Source of the DNA: Eledone cirrhosa
Lineage: Eukaryota
DNA: 64,000 bases
NCBI GenBank assembly: GCA_964016885.1
Contig: OZ024741.1
Location: forward strand, 186,682,001-186,746,000
Direction: 5' to 3'
Position 1 is the first letter of the stretch; every line of letters begins with the position of its first letter. Below, in pieces: positions 1 to 15,567 of the stretch. The position numbers were made by a program, and so were the translations under genes. Below the pieces are notes generated by a model that was not told the origin of the DNA, searched no databases, and saw only the letters and a list, made by a program, of their open reading frames with translations.

Positions 1-2759
1 TCCAATTTCTAATTTCTGCCGGACCGGCAACCGCTCTTTCAAACCAGTTCCTGTACACAGCTAAGTATTCTATAAGTCTCTAGCTGTGTCATTCTCGATA
101 AAAGCACTGGATATGTAGTCCTGATGATTTCTTACGAGAATGAAACGCGTAGATTACTTCCCTTGCTTTTATCGAGAATCTAATTGTAATACTTGACGTA
201 TTCTATTCTATAGCGATTAGGTCTTCAAAATGTTTATTATAAACATACAGAATATTTTCGAATATTCTATGTCTATATTCACATATATATCGCTATTTCA
301 GAGCATTTATTCCAATTTCTAATTTCTGCCGGACCGGCAACCGCTCTTTCAAACCAGTTCCTGTACACAGCTAAGTATTCTATAAGTCTCTAGCTGTGTC
401 ATTCTCGATAAAAGCACTGGATATGTAGTCCTGATGATTTCTTACGAGAATGAAACGCGTAGATTACTTCCCTTGCTTTTATCGAGAATCTAATTGTAAT
501 ACTTGACGTATTCTATTCTATAGCGATTAGGTCTTCAAAATGTTTATTATAAACATACAGAATATTTTCGAATATTCTATGTCTATATTCACATATATAT
601 CGCTATTTCAGAGCATTTATTCCAATTTCTAATTTCTGCCGGACCGGCAACCGCTCTTTCAAACCAGTTCCTGTACACAGCTAAGTATTCTATAAGTCTC
701 TAGCTGTGTCATTCTCGATAAAAGCACTGGATATGTAGTCCTGATGATTTCTTACGAGAATGAAACGCGTAGATTACTTCCCTTGCTTTTATCGAGAATC
801 TAATTGTAATACTTGACGTATTCTATTCTATAGCGATTAGGTCTTCAAAATGTTTATTATAAACATACAGAATATTTTCGAATATTCTATGTCTATATTC
901 ACATATATATCGCTATTTCAGAGCATTTATTCCAATTTCTAATTTCTGCCGGACCGGCAACCGCTCTTTCAAACCAGTTCCTGTACACAGCTAAGTATTC
1001 TATAAGTCTCTAGCTGTGTCATTCTCGATAAAAGCACTGGATATGTAGTCCTGATGATTTCTTACGAGAATGAAACGCGTAGATTACTTCCCTTGCTTTT
1101 ATCGAGAATCTAATTGTAATACTTGACGTATTCTATTCTATAGCGATTAGGTCTTCAAAATGTTTATTATAAACATACAGAATATTTTCGAATATTCTAT
1201 GTCTATATTCACATATATATCGCTATTTCAGAGCATTTATTCCAATTTCTAATTTCTGCCGGACCGGCAACCGCTCTTTCAAACCAGTTCCTGTACACAG
1301 CTAAGTATTCTATAAGTCTCTAGCTGTGTCATTCTCGATAAAAGCACTGGATATGTAGTCCTGATGATTTCTTACGAGAATGAAACGCGTAGATTACTTC
1401 CCTTGCTTTTATCGAGAATCTAATTGTAATACTTGACGTATTCTATTCTATAGCGATTAGGTCTTCAAAATGTTTATTATAAACATACAGAATATTTTCG
1501 AATATTCTATGTCTATATTCACATATATATCGCTATTTCAGAGCATTTATTCCAATTTCTAATTTCTGCCGGACCGGCAACCGCTCTTTCAAACCAGTTC
1601 CTGTACACAGCTAAGTATTCTATAAGTCTCTAGCTGTGTCATTCTCGATAAAAGCACTGGATATGTAGTCCTGATGATTTCTTACGAGAATGAAACGCGT
1701 AGATTACTTCCCTTGCTTTTATCGAGAATCTAATTGTAATACTTGACGTATTCTATTCTATAGCGATTAGGTCTTCAAAATGTTTATTATAAACATACAG
1801 AATATTTTCGAATATTCTATGTCTATATTCACATATATATCGCTATTTCAGAGCATTTATTCCAATTTCTAATTTCTGCCGGACCGGCAACCGCTCTTTC
1901 AAACCAGTTCCTGTACACAGCTAAGTATTCTATAAGTCTCTAGCTGTGTCATTCTCGATAAAAGCACTGGATATGTAGTCCTGATGATTTCTTACGAGAA
2001 TGAAACGCGTAGATTACTTCCCTTGCTTTTATCGAGAATCTAATTGTAATACTTGACGTATTCTATTCTATAGCGATTAGGTCTTCAAAATGTTTATTAT
2101 AAACATACAGAATATTTTCGAATATTCTATGTCTATATTCACATATATATCGCTATTTCAGAGCATTTATTCCAATTTCTAATTTCTGCCGGACCGGCAA
2201 CCGCTCTTTCAAACCAGTTCCTGTACACAGCTAAGTATTCTATAAGTCTCTAGCTGTGTCATTCTCGATAAAAGCACTGGATATGTAGTCCTGATGATTT
2301 CTTACGAGAATGAAACGCGTAGATTACTTCCCTTGCTTTTATCGAGAATCTAATTGTAATACTTGACGTATTCTATTCTATAGCGATTAGGTCTTCAAAA
2401 TGTTTATTATAAACATACAGAATATTTTCGAATATTCTATGTCTATATTCACATATATATCGCTATTTCAGAGCATTTATTCCAATTTCTAATTTCTGCC
2501 GGACCGGCAACCGCTCTTTCAAACCAGTTCCTGTACACAGCTAAGTATTCTATAAGTCTCTAGCTGTGTCATTCTCGATAAAAGCACTGGATATGTAGTC
2601 CTGATGATTTCTTACGAGAATGAAACGCGTAGATTACTTCCCTTGCTTTTATCGAGAATCTAATTGTAATACTTGACGTATTCTATTCTATAGCGATTAG
2701 GTCTTCAAAATGTTTATTATAAACATACAGAATATTTTCGAATATTCTATGTCTATATT

Positions 2760-2770
<11 letters not shown>
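1..2770 (+). repeat. Tandem array of about 8.9 copies of a 310-bp unit, each with a hammerhead ribozyme (retrozyme-like / Penelope pLTR array); runs off the left edge
   Basis: tccaatttctaatttctgccgg recurs at 1, 311, 621, 931, 1241, 1551, 1861, 2171 and 2481. Units look identical by eye. The array ends in a (TA)n tract at about 2763. Confidence 0.97.
115..157 (+). ncRNA. Minimal type I hammerhead ribozyme, repeated every 310 bp (9 copies)
   Basis: Stem I gtagtc/gattac; core CTGATGA (121-127); stem II ttct-tacg-agaa; GAAA (142-145); palindromic stem III ACGCGT; predicted cleavage after GUA (151). Flanked by a 16-bp inverted repeat attctcgataaaagca (91-106) / tgcttttatcgagaat (164-179). Confidence 0.88.
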
Positions 2771-2810
<40 letters not shown>

Positions 2811-2834
2811 CAAATACTTTTATAGCTCTACATG

Positions 2835-3245
2835 GCTAAATATAAGAAGTGAAAATCTGAGTTTTTTAAATATTAATAGTAATATTTGATTCGTTTGCAA
2901 TTATGCAAACAACCTCTTAAGCCATGTCAGTAGAATGCCTCCTTCATTCTTACCCTTGCGTTGGCATATATACACACCAGCAGACACTAATGTTTCTGGT
3001 TTATTACCCTTCAGCAGTACCGTATACTTTTTACCTGCCAATTGTCAGAGCTAGTGAAAATATATGATATATTCTGGAATATACATTCACTTTTCGGCCT
3101 GATTTGCATATTAGCAGGCAGCCTGATCAGTCAGATCTACATATTAGCTGACCCACTAATCATCCAGACTTGCATATCAGCAGATAGGTCAGGCAGTGTT
3201 TATGTATACGAACGATGGATGGCTGGCTTTGCCATAGTCAAATAA
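2835..3245 (-). mobile_element. Short non-coding repeat with a degenerate HHR (core CTGCTGA); paralog of 23836-24245
   Basis: Collinear similarity to 23836-24245 (gcagacactaatgtttctgg, gtcagagctag, ggcctgatttgcatattagcag). Confidence 0.7.
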
Positions 3246-3322
3246 CTAACAAATAGTTTACCGCTCAACATGGTTGAATACAAGAAATGTAAATATGAGT
3301 TTATATATTAATATATATATAC

Positions 3323-3414
<92 letters not shown>

Positions 3415-4387
3415 GCAACGAAATAATCAAAATTTTAATATTTTCGATCAAAGACCTGCATGATAAGGGCTGACCTGAGATTAACAGCAGACTTACAACT
3501 GATGATCTTAGATATCGCCACTGAAGGTTGGGTGGGGCGTCTCTCAATATTGGCCTGTGATCTTTTCGTTGTCTCATCGTTATGTTGGTCTATTCACGTA
3601 AACTCTCTGTAGATAAATCGATGTACCAAGAATCTACGGGGACTGCTGCAGCTGTCGAAACTGCTGTTGTTACTTTTGTTTAGCGCCAGACAGGTACTGT
3701 TAAGAGATGGGCCCAACTAGTTTTTAATTCTTGTTTTCCATTTTGTAGGTAACCTATATATGATATCTACATATTACATAAGGTATTTTGTTTTAATTTT
3801 TATTAATTTTAATAAGATACTCTACGAATTAAGTAATCTTGCATTCAGTACAGATTGTGTCTAGTCTTTAAGCTTTGATATATCTTAGTACACCCTTAAG
3901 TGTATATGAATATATTTCTTTAACTTTCTTATAATTGATATATTACACACATCATAATTTTAGACATATTTTGAAAAACATTAATTAATGAGTCCTCTTT
4001 TTTAAGGCAGTAAGATATGATGTAAGATAGATTTTGATGTCATGTCTTAATGGATGAGCTATAACGTACAGCTACTCATGCGGAACATAGTATTGTGATA
4101 ACATTTGTAGCTATCTACATTTTATGGCAAGTCAACACACATTGCAAAGACTTATCAAACATGCTAACAATAGACAATCTCATCTATGTTCAATACATGA
4201 AGTAATCTGTAACAGCTTTTATAAGTTTAGCAGCTTGTCATTCGACGCAAATTTGGGTGCTTTTTAAAGCTGAAGGTTGAAACAACTAGTTTCAGGCATG
4301 CATGTACACACACACACATTGTGTGTGTGTGTGGGGGGGGGGGACTCATTAATTAATGTTTTTCAAAATATGTATAAAATTATGATG

Positions 4388-4430
<43 letters not shown>

Positions 4431-4494
4431 TATATAACGGCGATGAATTACTTTTGCGAGGTTTTTTATATGAAGTCGTGTGTCGAAACAAATA

Positions 4495-6365
4495 TTGTTA
4501 TACTTGGGAAGGTTGATTGGGTGGACCAAAGCTATACGGACCCCGCCAAAACAATGATCAGGTAAGAAAAATGGCCCCACATGCAATAGGGGCTAGTATC
4601 AAAACTACCCTATAGGGCCACATATTCAAATTCAACGAGAAGATCTACACCCAAAATGAGGGAGCACCCACTGGTGTCAGCATAGCAGGTGACGTTGCCA
4701 ACCTTTTTATGGTATGGTGGGAAAGTACTCTCGTTACGTAGACGACATCAATATAGTAATAAGGAATCCCCACAAGAGAGTACTAACAAGTTTGATTTAG
4801 AACGTAGCACAATGGAAAGCATCCAGCAGATAGCTAATTCCATACACCAGAGAAAAACTGTAACTATAGACTACCCTAACAATAGACTACCTGTATTAGA
4901 CACGGAACTCTGGATTAACACTATAGACGAGAGAGCCCAAATTCTCCACTAACACTATGCTAAACCCATGGCCTCCAAATATCTGATACTCAAATCTCAG
5001 CAATGTCCAGTAGTGCTAAGTTTAATATTCTGATCGCAGACTTGGTACGAGTGATGAAGAACGTGTCCCGCATGTGCGACCCAACAGAAATGGAAAGACA
5101 CATCCAACACTTCATCAACCGTATGCAGTTCTCTGGCTACAACCAAAGAGACAGAATCAGAGTATACGAAGGAGCCACGGAGAAGTATAAGACTCTCATA
5201 GAACTGGACATGAAAGGAATTTGCCCATTATGCAGAAGCAAATAATGGAATAGCTTAGATAGGACTAGACATAAGATAGGTAAAGCCACATCATGGTACG
5301 ACAACAAGAGATACCAGAGTGTCATGTTTGTGGACACTACCCCTGGAGGGAAATTAGTTAACCAGTGTAGAAAGGCCCTGAGAAAGACCCACTTAAAGAT
5401 TAAGATGATAGAAAAGCCAGGAACTACCATAAAATCCCTGATCAGCAAAACTTACCCTTTTAAGAAAACCCACTATACTAATAGGAAATGTATTATATGT
5501 AAAGTAAACCCCCGGATAAACTGTAAAACTAGAAACGTAGTCTATAGCATAAGATGTACAGAGGGTACTTTCAGAAACATGACAACAACATACATAGGCG
5601 AGACAGCTCATAGCATAGGTGAAAGGATAGACCAACACTGGGGTGAACTAAAAGGACGAAAAAACGGTTCAGTACTATACGAACATGCCAGACAAAACGA
5701 CGGTAACATAGACAACATAGAAATTAGAATAATATCTAAACATAGAAATGACCCAGCAGATAGGCAAATCAGAGAGGCCAGCGAAATAGAACTTAGAAGG
5801 CCAAGGCTAAACAGAAAAAAATTAATGGAATAACAACAACACCCAAACAAACAAAACTGACCTAAGAGAAGTATAAATAAATAAATAAATACATACACAA
5901 GCACAATAACAACAAACACATATAAACACATACTAGTAAACTAACATAGAATACAATAACCAATACACAGTCACCCAAACACGAACACACATCAAACAAA
6001 ACACTATACACACACGGAAACGCATGCGCAGAGAAGACAAAAAATAAATAAATAAATAAATAAATAAACAGACTAAATAAAGATGGCGTAGGCATACAAT
6101 ACAACCGGAGGAAACATAATAGCACCACTGACGATGTTGCAGATGTGCAACGAAAGAACATTGTTAGACTATATATATGTGTTTGTGTCTATATTGTATC
6201 TGTATTTTTGACCGTTGGTCAGTCAATGGTAAACATTGAGGACCGAATAAATTAAATTAACCGATATAAAAGACACAGAAGCGAAAACCAACCAAACAGT
6301 GAGTGTGTTCTGTTATTAAATCTGGCAATATTATTACACAAATATGACCCTCCCCAAGTATAACA
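4495..6365 (+). mobile_element. Decayed, 5'-truncated Penelope-like element (RT remnant, C-terminal GIY-YIG endonuclease, 3' pLTR)
   Basis: Broken frames give YTQNEGAPTGVSIAGDVANLFM (RT motif 4), NNRLPVLD, YAKPMAS and CKTRNVVYSIRC..YIGETAHSIGERIDQH..REASEI..PRLN (GIY-YIG). The termini ttgttatacttggga and ccccaagtataacaa are inverted. Degenerate HHR at about 6128-6170. Confidence 0.88.
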
Positions 6366-6395
6366 ACATATATATATATATATATATATATGTGT

Positions 6396-6492
<97 letters not shown>

Positions 6493-6494
6493 GT

Positions 6495-6582
<88 letters not shown>

Positions 6583-6759
6583 ATGTATGTATGTATGTAG
6601 ACCATTACTCACCAGGCTACTTGATACTTGGGATAGTAGGGTGGGTAATATGAAAAATTCGGGATCTAGCTGTTGAAACGGTGGGAGCTCAGCCGTCGGG
6701 GTCCTAATTCAAGAGATAAGAGTAATATGGTTGTCTGTACAATAAGGGCTTTATTCACA

Positions 6760-6870
6760 GTGCTGACAATTGTTTCTTTGATCTGGTAGGTCTAGAGTTC
6801 GCTAATCGCTAGATGTTGCGTCAATCGAACTCCAATACTTTGTTTATAACCAGTTAATTCATCAGAGCGA
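6760..6870 (-). ncRNA. Type I HHR-like motif with long stem II
   Basis: Minus strand: gct CTGATGA (about 80 nt, ctggt/accag) GAA ACAATTGT C agc; palindromic stem III, GUC site. Confidence 0.6.
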
Positions 6871-7121
6871 GCGAATGTGAGGATAATATACAAGGCATGG
6901 CTTTTATAGAGGAGTGGTATTAGACCAGAACAATAATATCAATAACAAAATAACTAGATACTGAAGAGTTAAATTAATAACATCAATATAAGTGAGAAAT
7001 AGAATACAATGATAAAATGATAAAACTAGCATGGTAACCGAAGTGATATGATACAGATGTATGAGTATTCTAACTAAACTACTTCTAAGTGGAGTGCCTA
7101 TAACTATAACTTGTTATCCCG

Positions 7122-7326
<205 letters not shown>

Positions 7327-7399
7327 GGTAAACAGAAATAACAACACAATCGGTACAGTATATGGAAGGTATACATCAGGTTAACGCTTGATATAGAAG

Positions 7400-8740
<1,341 letters not shown>

Positions 8741-8870
8741 ATTCTAGACACTTCTAAGTATATTAAGGAACTGAATAGTGTGCTATATATATAATAACGC
8801 ACATGGTATCTTAGCGTGTCTCACAAACTTACACCACTAAAAATAGCAGCAAGGTCTAGGATATTAATTC

Positions 8871-8948
8871 ATCGCCCACTGATGAGCAAGAATTGGTAAT
8901 TCTATTCACAATTAATATTGCGAAACATCACCAAGCTGTCTGGGTGAT
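8871..8948 (+). ncRNA. Type I hammerhead ribozyme
   Basis: atcgccca CTGATGA gcaa..ttgc GAA ACA tcaccaagc TGT C tgggtgat; all three stems pair; GUC site. Confidence 0.85.
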
Positions 8949-9378
8949 TGGTAGTTACCACAATTCCGGTTTGTATTTATTTTCTTGATTTTTTTCTTAA
9001 ATTGAGACAGGCAAACCCTATTGTCTATAGTTAGTATTTTTTTCACCTTAGCGAATCTGGTCCCTTGCGATTTGAACACATATATGTATATATCTGTGTT
9101 CGTTTTTCTTTTATATTCTATTATAATATACGGCTCGGAAACATCTCTTTCTTAGAGCTATTTTATTGTAAGAGACTATTTTGAGTTCCTAACTCAATAT
9201 ATACCTTTGATATATTCCGCTCCGTTAATTTGTTGAGCTATTTCAAATGTCGAATAAACCTGGCTGCTGTTTTTAGTGGTGTAAGTTTGTGAGACACGCT
9301 AAGATAGCATGTGCGTTATTATATATAGCACACTATTCAGTTAGTTAATATACTTAGAAGTGTCTAGGATACTAATTC

Positions 9379-9456
9379 ATCACCCACTGATGAGCAAGAA
9401 TTGGTAATTCTATTCACAATTAATATTGCGAAACATCACCAAGCTGTCTGGGTGAT
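9379..9456 (+). ncRNA. Type I hammerhead ribozyme (second copy)
   Basis: Perfect 8-bp stem I atcaccca/tgggtgat; same core as 8871. Confidence 0.87.
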
Positions 9457-9715
9457 TGGTAGTTACCACAATTCCGGTTTGTATTTATTTTCTTGATTTA
9501 TTCTTAAATTGAGACATGCAAACCCTATTGTCTATAAGCTGTATTCTTTTCACCTTAGTGAATCTGGTCACTTAGGATTTGACCACATATATGTATATAT
9601 CTGTGTTCGTTTTTCTTTTATATTCAATTATAATATACGGCTCGGAAATATCTCTTTCTTAGAGCTATTTTATTGTAAGAGACTATTTTGAGTTCTTAAC
9701 TCAATATATACCTTT

Positions 9716-9898
<183 letters not shown>

Positions 9899-10217
9899 GT
9901 GTGTGTGTAGTCAAATACGGCATAATTTTCAAACTCGCTAGCCGTTTGTAAACAAAGCCTGCTTTGTGTCTCCCTAGTTATATACATAAATATATATATA
10001 TTTACTTATGTGTATATATATATCTATATGTGAGTGTATTCAAATTGGGTGTTTATATATGTACGTGCAGGTTCGGGTATGTGCCGACCGGAATGATCAG
10101 CTAGACACCTGCAATCAGGTGTTGTCAGCTAAAATGTTTTATGATCGACTAAAATCTCTTGAAAATGGAGCTCTAGCATAGATTCCGTAAATATATATAT
10201 ATATGTGTGTGTGTGCA

Positions 10218-10253
<36 letters not shown>

Positions 10254-10283
10254 TCTGAGTGTTGTGTGTGTGCGTGTGTTTGT

Positions 10284-10354
<71 letters not shown>

Positions 10355-10392
10355 TGTGTGTGTGCATGTGTGAGTCTGAGTGTGTGTCTGAA

Positions 10393-10428
<36 letters not shown>

Positions 10429-10502
10429 TGTCTGTGTATGTGAGCTAGAGAGTGTGTGCGTGTGTGTATGAGAGGAAGAGAGAGAAAAGGTGAGAGAGAG
10501 AG

Positions 10503-10603
<101 letters not shown>

Positions 10604-11160
10604 GAGTTTGTGCGTGAGAGTGTATGTCTGTGAGAGAGAGAGAAAGTGTGTGTGTGAGAGAGTGTATGTGTGAGAGAGCATGTCTTTTCTGTTGATCATA
10701 TGCGCTCTGTTCTCATTTCTTCCTGCAAACAATTTCAGAAAATGTTTATCTACGAACGATTACCTATTTACATATGATTCAATAGTTGAAACATATATCA
10801 CAACACGTAGTAAAATATATATTCCTTTCATTCATTCTCTTCGCTACCGATCAAATTTCTACTTTACTTAATCCCACTTCTATTCAGTAACACATTCACA
10901 TCAATATAATGTATTGTTCTTTCCAGTATTGCGTAGAATAAGAGAAAAACAACCACATGAGATATATGTTGAAAGATTTGATAATTTTATTTTCATATAA
11001 TTTGCAATTAATTGCAATTCTTAAGTTTCTTTTGAATTTCATCAATCACCCGCAATTCAATGTGATTCCTAACACGTATTCTTCAGTAAGCAAATATTAC
11101 ATAAATATTGCGCATATATATGTGTACATATAAGTATATATATATATATATATATATATA

Positions 11161-11380
11161 GTAATAATAATAAATTTGAAGACTAAAATCAAAAGAGGGC
11201 TCGATAAGGATAAATATATATCAAATATATAAGAACCGTAGAGCAAATATTTATTAAAATAACAGATTAAAGTTTAAGCAAAGAATCGCTGCTTTCACCC
11301 TTAACGGGATCTTCTGAAACTAACAAAGTCAATCTGCAGCGATTCTTTACTTAAACTTTAATCTGTTATTTTAATAAATA
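11161..11380 (-). mobile_element. Short fold-back element with variant HHR (CAGAAGA core) at 11271-11321; family also at 19660-19870 and 27601-27820
   Basis: Three near-identical copies in (TA)n tracts, each with a different partial inverted duplication. Confidence 0.75.
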
Positions 11381-11402
11381 TATATATATATATATATATT
11401 AA

Positions 11403-11715
11403 TACAATAACAGAGAAAGCTTTACGCTAAACTCCGACTGGTAACCATCTCACTCAACAAACATTAGGTTATACGTTAGTATAAACCCAATTTAGTGTCT
11501 GGGGTGCTAACTATATGTATTTTGTGGAAAGCCAGTTGTATTATTTTATATGAGATATAATTAAAATTAAAATGTATCTCTCTTTCCAAACAATTGTTAC
11601 ATTATAAGTATTCTACAAGTTGGGAGAATATTTCCAGTTTATGTAGAAGCCTAATATATTTTCATGTAAGAATACAATTAGGTGGGAACTTATAAATCGT
11701 CAGTGGAAGCCCATT
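11403..11715 (-). mobile_element. Short non-coding repeat with degenerate long-stem-II HHR (11584-11708); paralog of 15143-15448
   Basis: Shares catctcactcaacaaacattagg..ggggtgctaact with the paralog; minus strand ttcca CTGACGA..GTA ACAATTGT T tggaa. Confidence 0.7.
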
Positions 11716-12923
11716 AAACTTTGATATAAGAAAAATTTCTTACCGCAGTTAATTTTCGTGTCTGCTAATTTGTCCCTTCACGCATCGAATGACCGCCAAA
11801 TTTGAAATTCCAGCAGTCCTTTGACTGAGGAAGTATCATAGCGGGAAAGGGAGACAATCACGAGTCACGAGAAAAGAAAAATAATATACACGTGGGTTAA
11901 TTAGTTTTTTCAAAAACATTATCAATCCTTCATGTTAAGAACTCAATTAATTTTTAAAAAATAAATGTATGCGTGTATTAATTACACACGCATATAGATA
12001 TTTTCTTAGGCTAAAAACAGAGAAGTGATACCTGAATAACGAACAATATCTCACAACTGTAACAAATACGGAAAGTTACGCCTTAAAAGACATTTGGGAA
12101 TGTAAATCTCTGGCCAAATTAAAAGTAAAATATTTAATACACGCGGGTTAATTAGTTATTTCAAAACCAATATCAATTCCGCGTGTTAAGAACTCAATTA
12201 ATTTTAAAAAATAAATGTATGCATGTAGGAGAAGATCATCTGATATAAAACCTACGCCTTCGTTCTACTTTTTGGGAAAATGCATTCGATGTTCAGAGAG
12301 TGGCCCCGTGCAAAGCTTTTCCTCACTTAAAAAATCTTCAAGCTTAGGCTTCTCTTGATATGTGACATTTTTTTATGATGCATGGTATTGTTTACCATAG
12401 GGAAGTCCCTAGCAGGACTAGAAGCCACGTCCGTGATTCTCATGGTTAAGTAGCAAGCGATGGCATTACTCAAAATCGAGTGGCAGCCATCATGTATGTA
12501 TGTATACGAGAAACTTTCTGGCATTCTCTGTCTACCAACTTTCATTCACAACACTTTGAGTAATGCGATGCTTGAGCCAACGATATTTGTTAAAGTTATC
12601 ACTCAGTCTAACTGAACTAGAAGCTACGCCTTAGAGACGCGGATATCCGACCACACAACCATTTATGTGCGATACAATGTGTGTTTGCTTATGTATATGT
12701 GTGTGCATGTGCCTGTATATATAGAAGCTGAATATAGTCATATAGCAATGTTGTTCGTATTATTTTAACCGATTTATTTCACAAACATGCCAATAAATGT
12801 TGTCGTTATACAGGTGATATTTTAACGTTTCCACCCAAGTTTTAATAATGATTTCTAGTATAAGCACAAGGCCAGTAATTAAATCGATCCCAGTACGTTA
12901 CTGGTACTTTATTTGCTTTATGA

Positions 12924-13035
<112 letters not shown>

Positions 13036-13397
13036 TAGAGAGAGGGGGGAAAGGAGGGGATAGATAGAGGGGGAGAGAGAGAGGGGGGCGGGGGGTGATA
13101 AAACAATTTCGTCCATCTAAGGAAATGGGTGACAGTTGTAAATCTCTCTTTTGGAACAAAAACAAGATTACAAATCCCACACCACATACGGGCAGTTTAA
13201 GGGAGGAGATTTCAACGAGATTCTCTTTGGGTCTTCTGGACCCATATTTGAAAAAAACAAACTGATTTTAGAATATTTATTCTGACGAAAGTTTGATGTG
13301 CGTAGATGATTAAAATGGCGATGTAACAAACTTAAACAACAGAGTAAAATAATAAGTATTTCGAAAGACCTGTAACTTAAGCATTATTAAATTTGAA

Positions 13398-13760
13398 AGG
13401 GCGGTGAATTGGCAGTATCGGTAGAGGGATGGACGCCATGCTTTCTAGCATAGTTACGTCCCTTTACAGTCTGAGTTCAAATCCCGCCGAGGTTAACTTT
13501 GCCTTTCATCCTTACGGGGTCGATAAAATAAAGTACCAGTAATGTACTGGGTAATTTGCTGGCCTTGTGCCTAAAGTAGAAACAATTATTAAATTTGAGT
13601 TCAAATCCCGCCGAGGTTAACTTTGCTTTTCATCCTTACGAGGTCGATAAAATAAAGTACCAGTAATGCACTGGGTTTTGCTGGCCTTGTGCCAAAGGTA
13701 GAAACAATTATTAAAACATGAGGCGGTGCATTGGCAGTATCGGTAGAGGGTCAGACGCCA
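13398..13760 (+). mobile_element. Cluster of tRNA-derived SINE family A copies (full, 5'-truncated and 5' fragment)
   Basis: A-box-like tggcagtatcggt, B-box gagttcaaatcc, tail gctggccttgtgcc..gtagaaacaattatt; attattaaatttga is repeated as a TSD. Confidence 0.88.
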
Positions 13761-13761
13761 T

Positions 13762-13793
<32 letters not shown>

Positions 13794-13930
13794 CAAATTA
13801 TAAAATAAGAAGAAATAATAGACGCAGATATATACCTATGATTTTCTTCAAATCCCGACTGAACAGTTTCCCTGCTCGGTATTCAACAATTGCACATTAT
13901 AGATGTATAATATTGTTGTGAGGCAAACCA

Positions 13931-14750
<820 letters not shown>

Positions 14751-15142
14751 TGATTATTACGTAAAGTAATTAATCATAGTGTCTGACAAAGGTATAGGTT
14801 GATCATAGTGCTACAGGTTGTCACTATTAGTCACTATTAAGACACCTCTACTTACATAAATTAAAAAAATTCATTGGGAGCAGTAACATAAACATTCAAG
14901 GTTATAATATTGTCCAGAATCTAGACAATATATAGACTCTAGACATATGTATCCACAGGTTAACTTTGCCTTTCATCTGTACGGGGCCGATAAAATAAAG
15001 TACCAGTAATGTACTGAGTAATTTCTGGCCTTGTGTCAAGAGTAGAAACAATTATTAGTATTTGTAAGATTATACAGGAGCAATGGTATAAAAAGATCTG
15101 AGAGAAGAGTTGTTATCAGATAGAGTATATATATATATATAT

Positions 15143-15448
15143 ACAATATATAAGCAGAGAAAGCCTTAAGCGATACTCTTACCAACTTCATCTCACTCAA
15201 CAAACATTAGGATATACCTAAGTATTTTCCCAATTTAGTGTTTGGGGTGCTAACTAATCAGTATTACGTGGATAGCTGGTTGTATTATTTTATATGAGAC
15301 ATTATTAAATAAATATCTCTTTCCTTCCAGACGGCCGTTTCGTTATAAGATTTCTACAATTTGGGATAAATAATTTCCAGGTTATGTAGAAACTTGTATA
15401 TAATCCATAGTTTTATACACAAGCGGGCTCTTATAAACTCATCAGTGA
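15143..15448 (-). mobile_element. Short non-coding repeat with long-stem-II HHR (15325-15448)
   Basis: Minus strand: ca CTGATGA gtttataaga..tcttataac GAA ACGGCCGT C tg. Confidence 0.72.
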
Positions 15449-15504
15449 TAGAGAGAGAGAAAGAGAGAGACGGATAGAGAGAGAGGGGGAACAGAGAGAA
15501 GGAG

Positions 15505-15567
<63 letters not shown>

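Larger units (their letters stand above)
8741..9715 (+). mobile_element. Non-coding pLTR-like element: 5' inverted arm plus about 1.7 direct repeats (period 508 bp), each with an HHR
   Basis: 8854-9208 is repeated from 9362; 8741-8854 is the reverse complement of about 9259-9370. Confidence 0.85.

Noticed and set aside
1-2770. CRISPR array or plain satellite DNA
   Set aside because: No variable spacers and no cas genes in a eukaryotic context; the unit contains a complete ribozyme fold.
3494-3675. Possible HHR (CTGATGA at about 3499, GAAAC at about 3657)
   Set aside because: No consistent stems I, II and III could be built.
11885-12228. About 95-bp diverged direct duplication
   Set aside because: No termini, ribozyme core or coding signal; likely an internal repeat of an old transposon.
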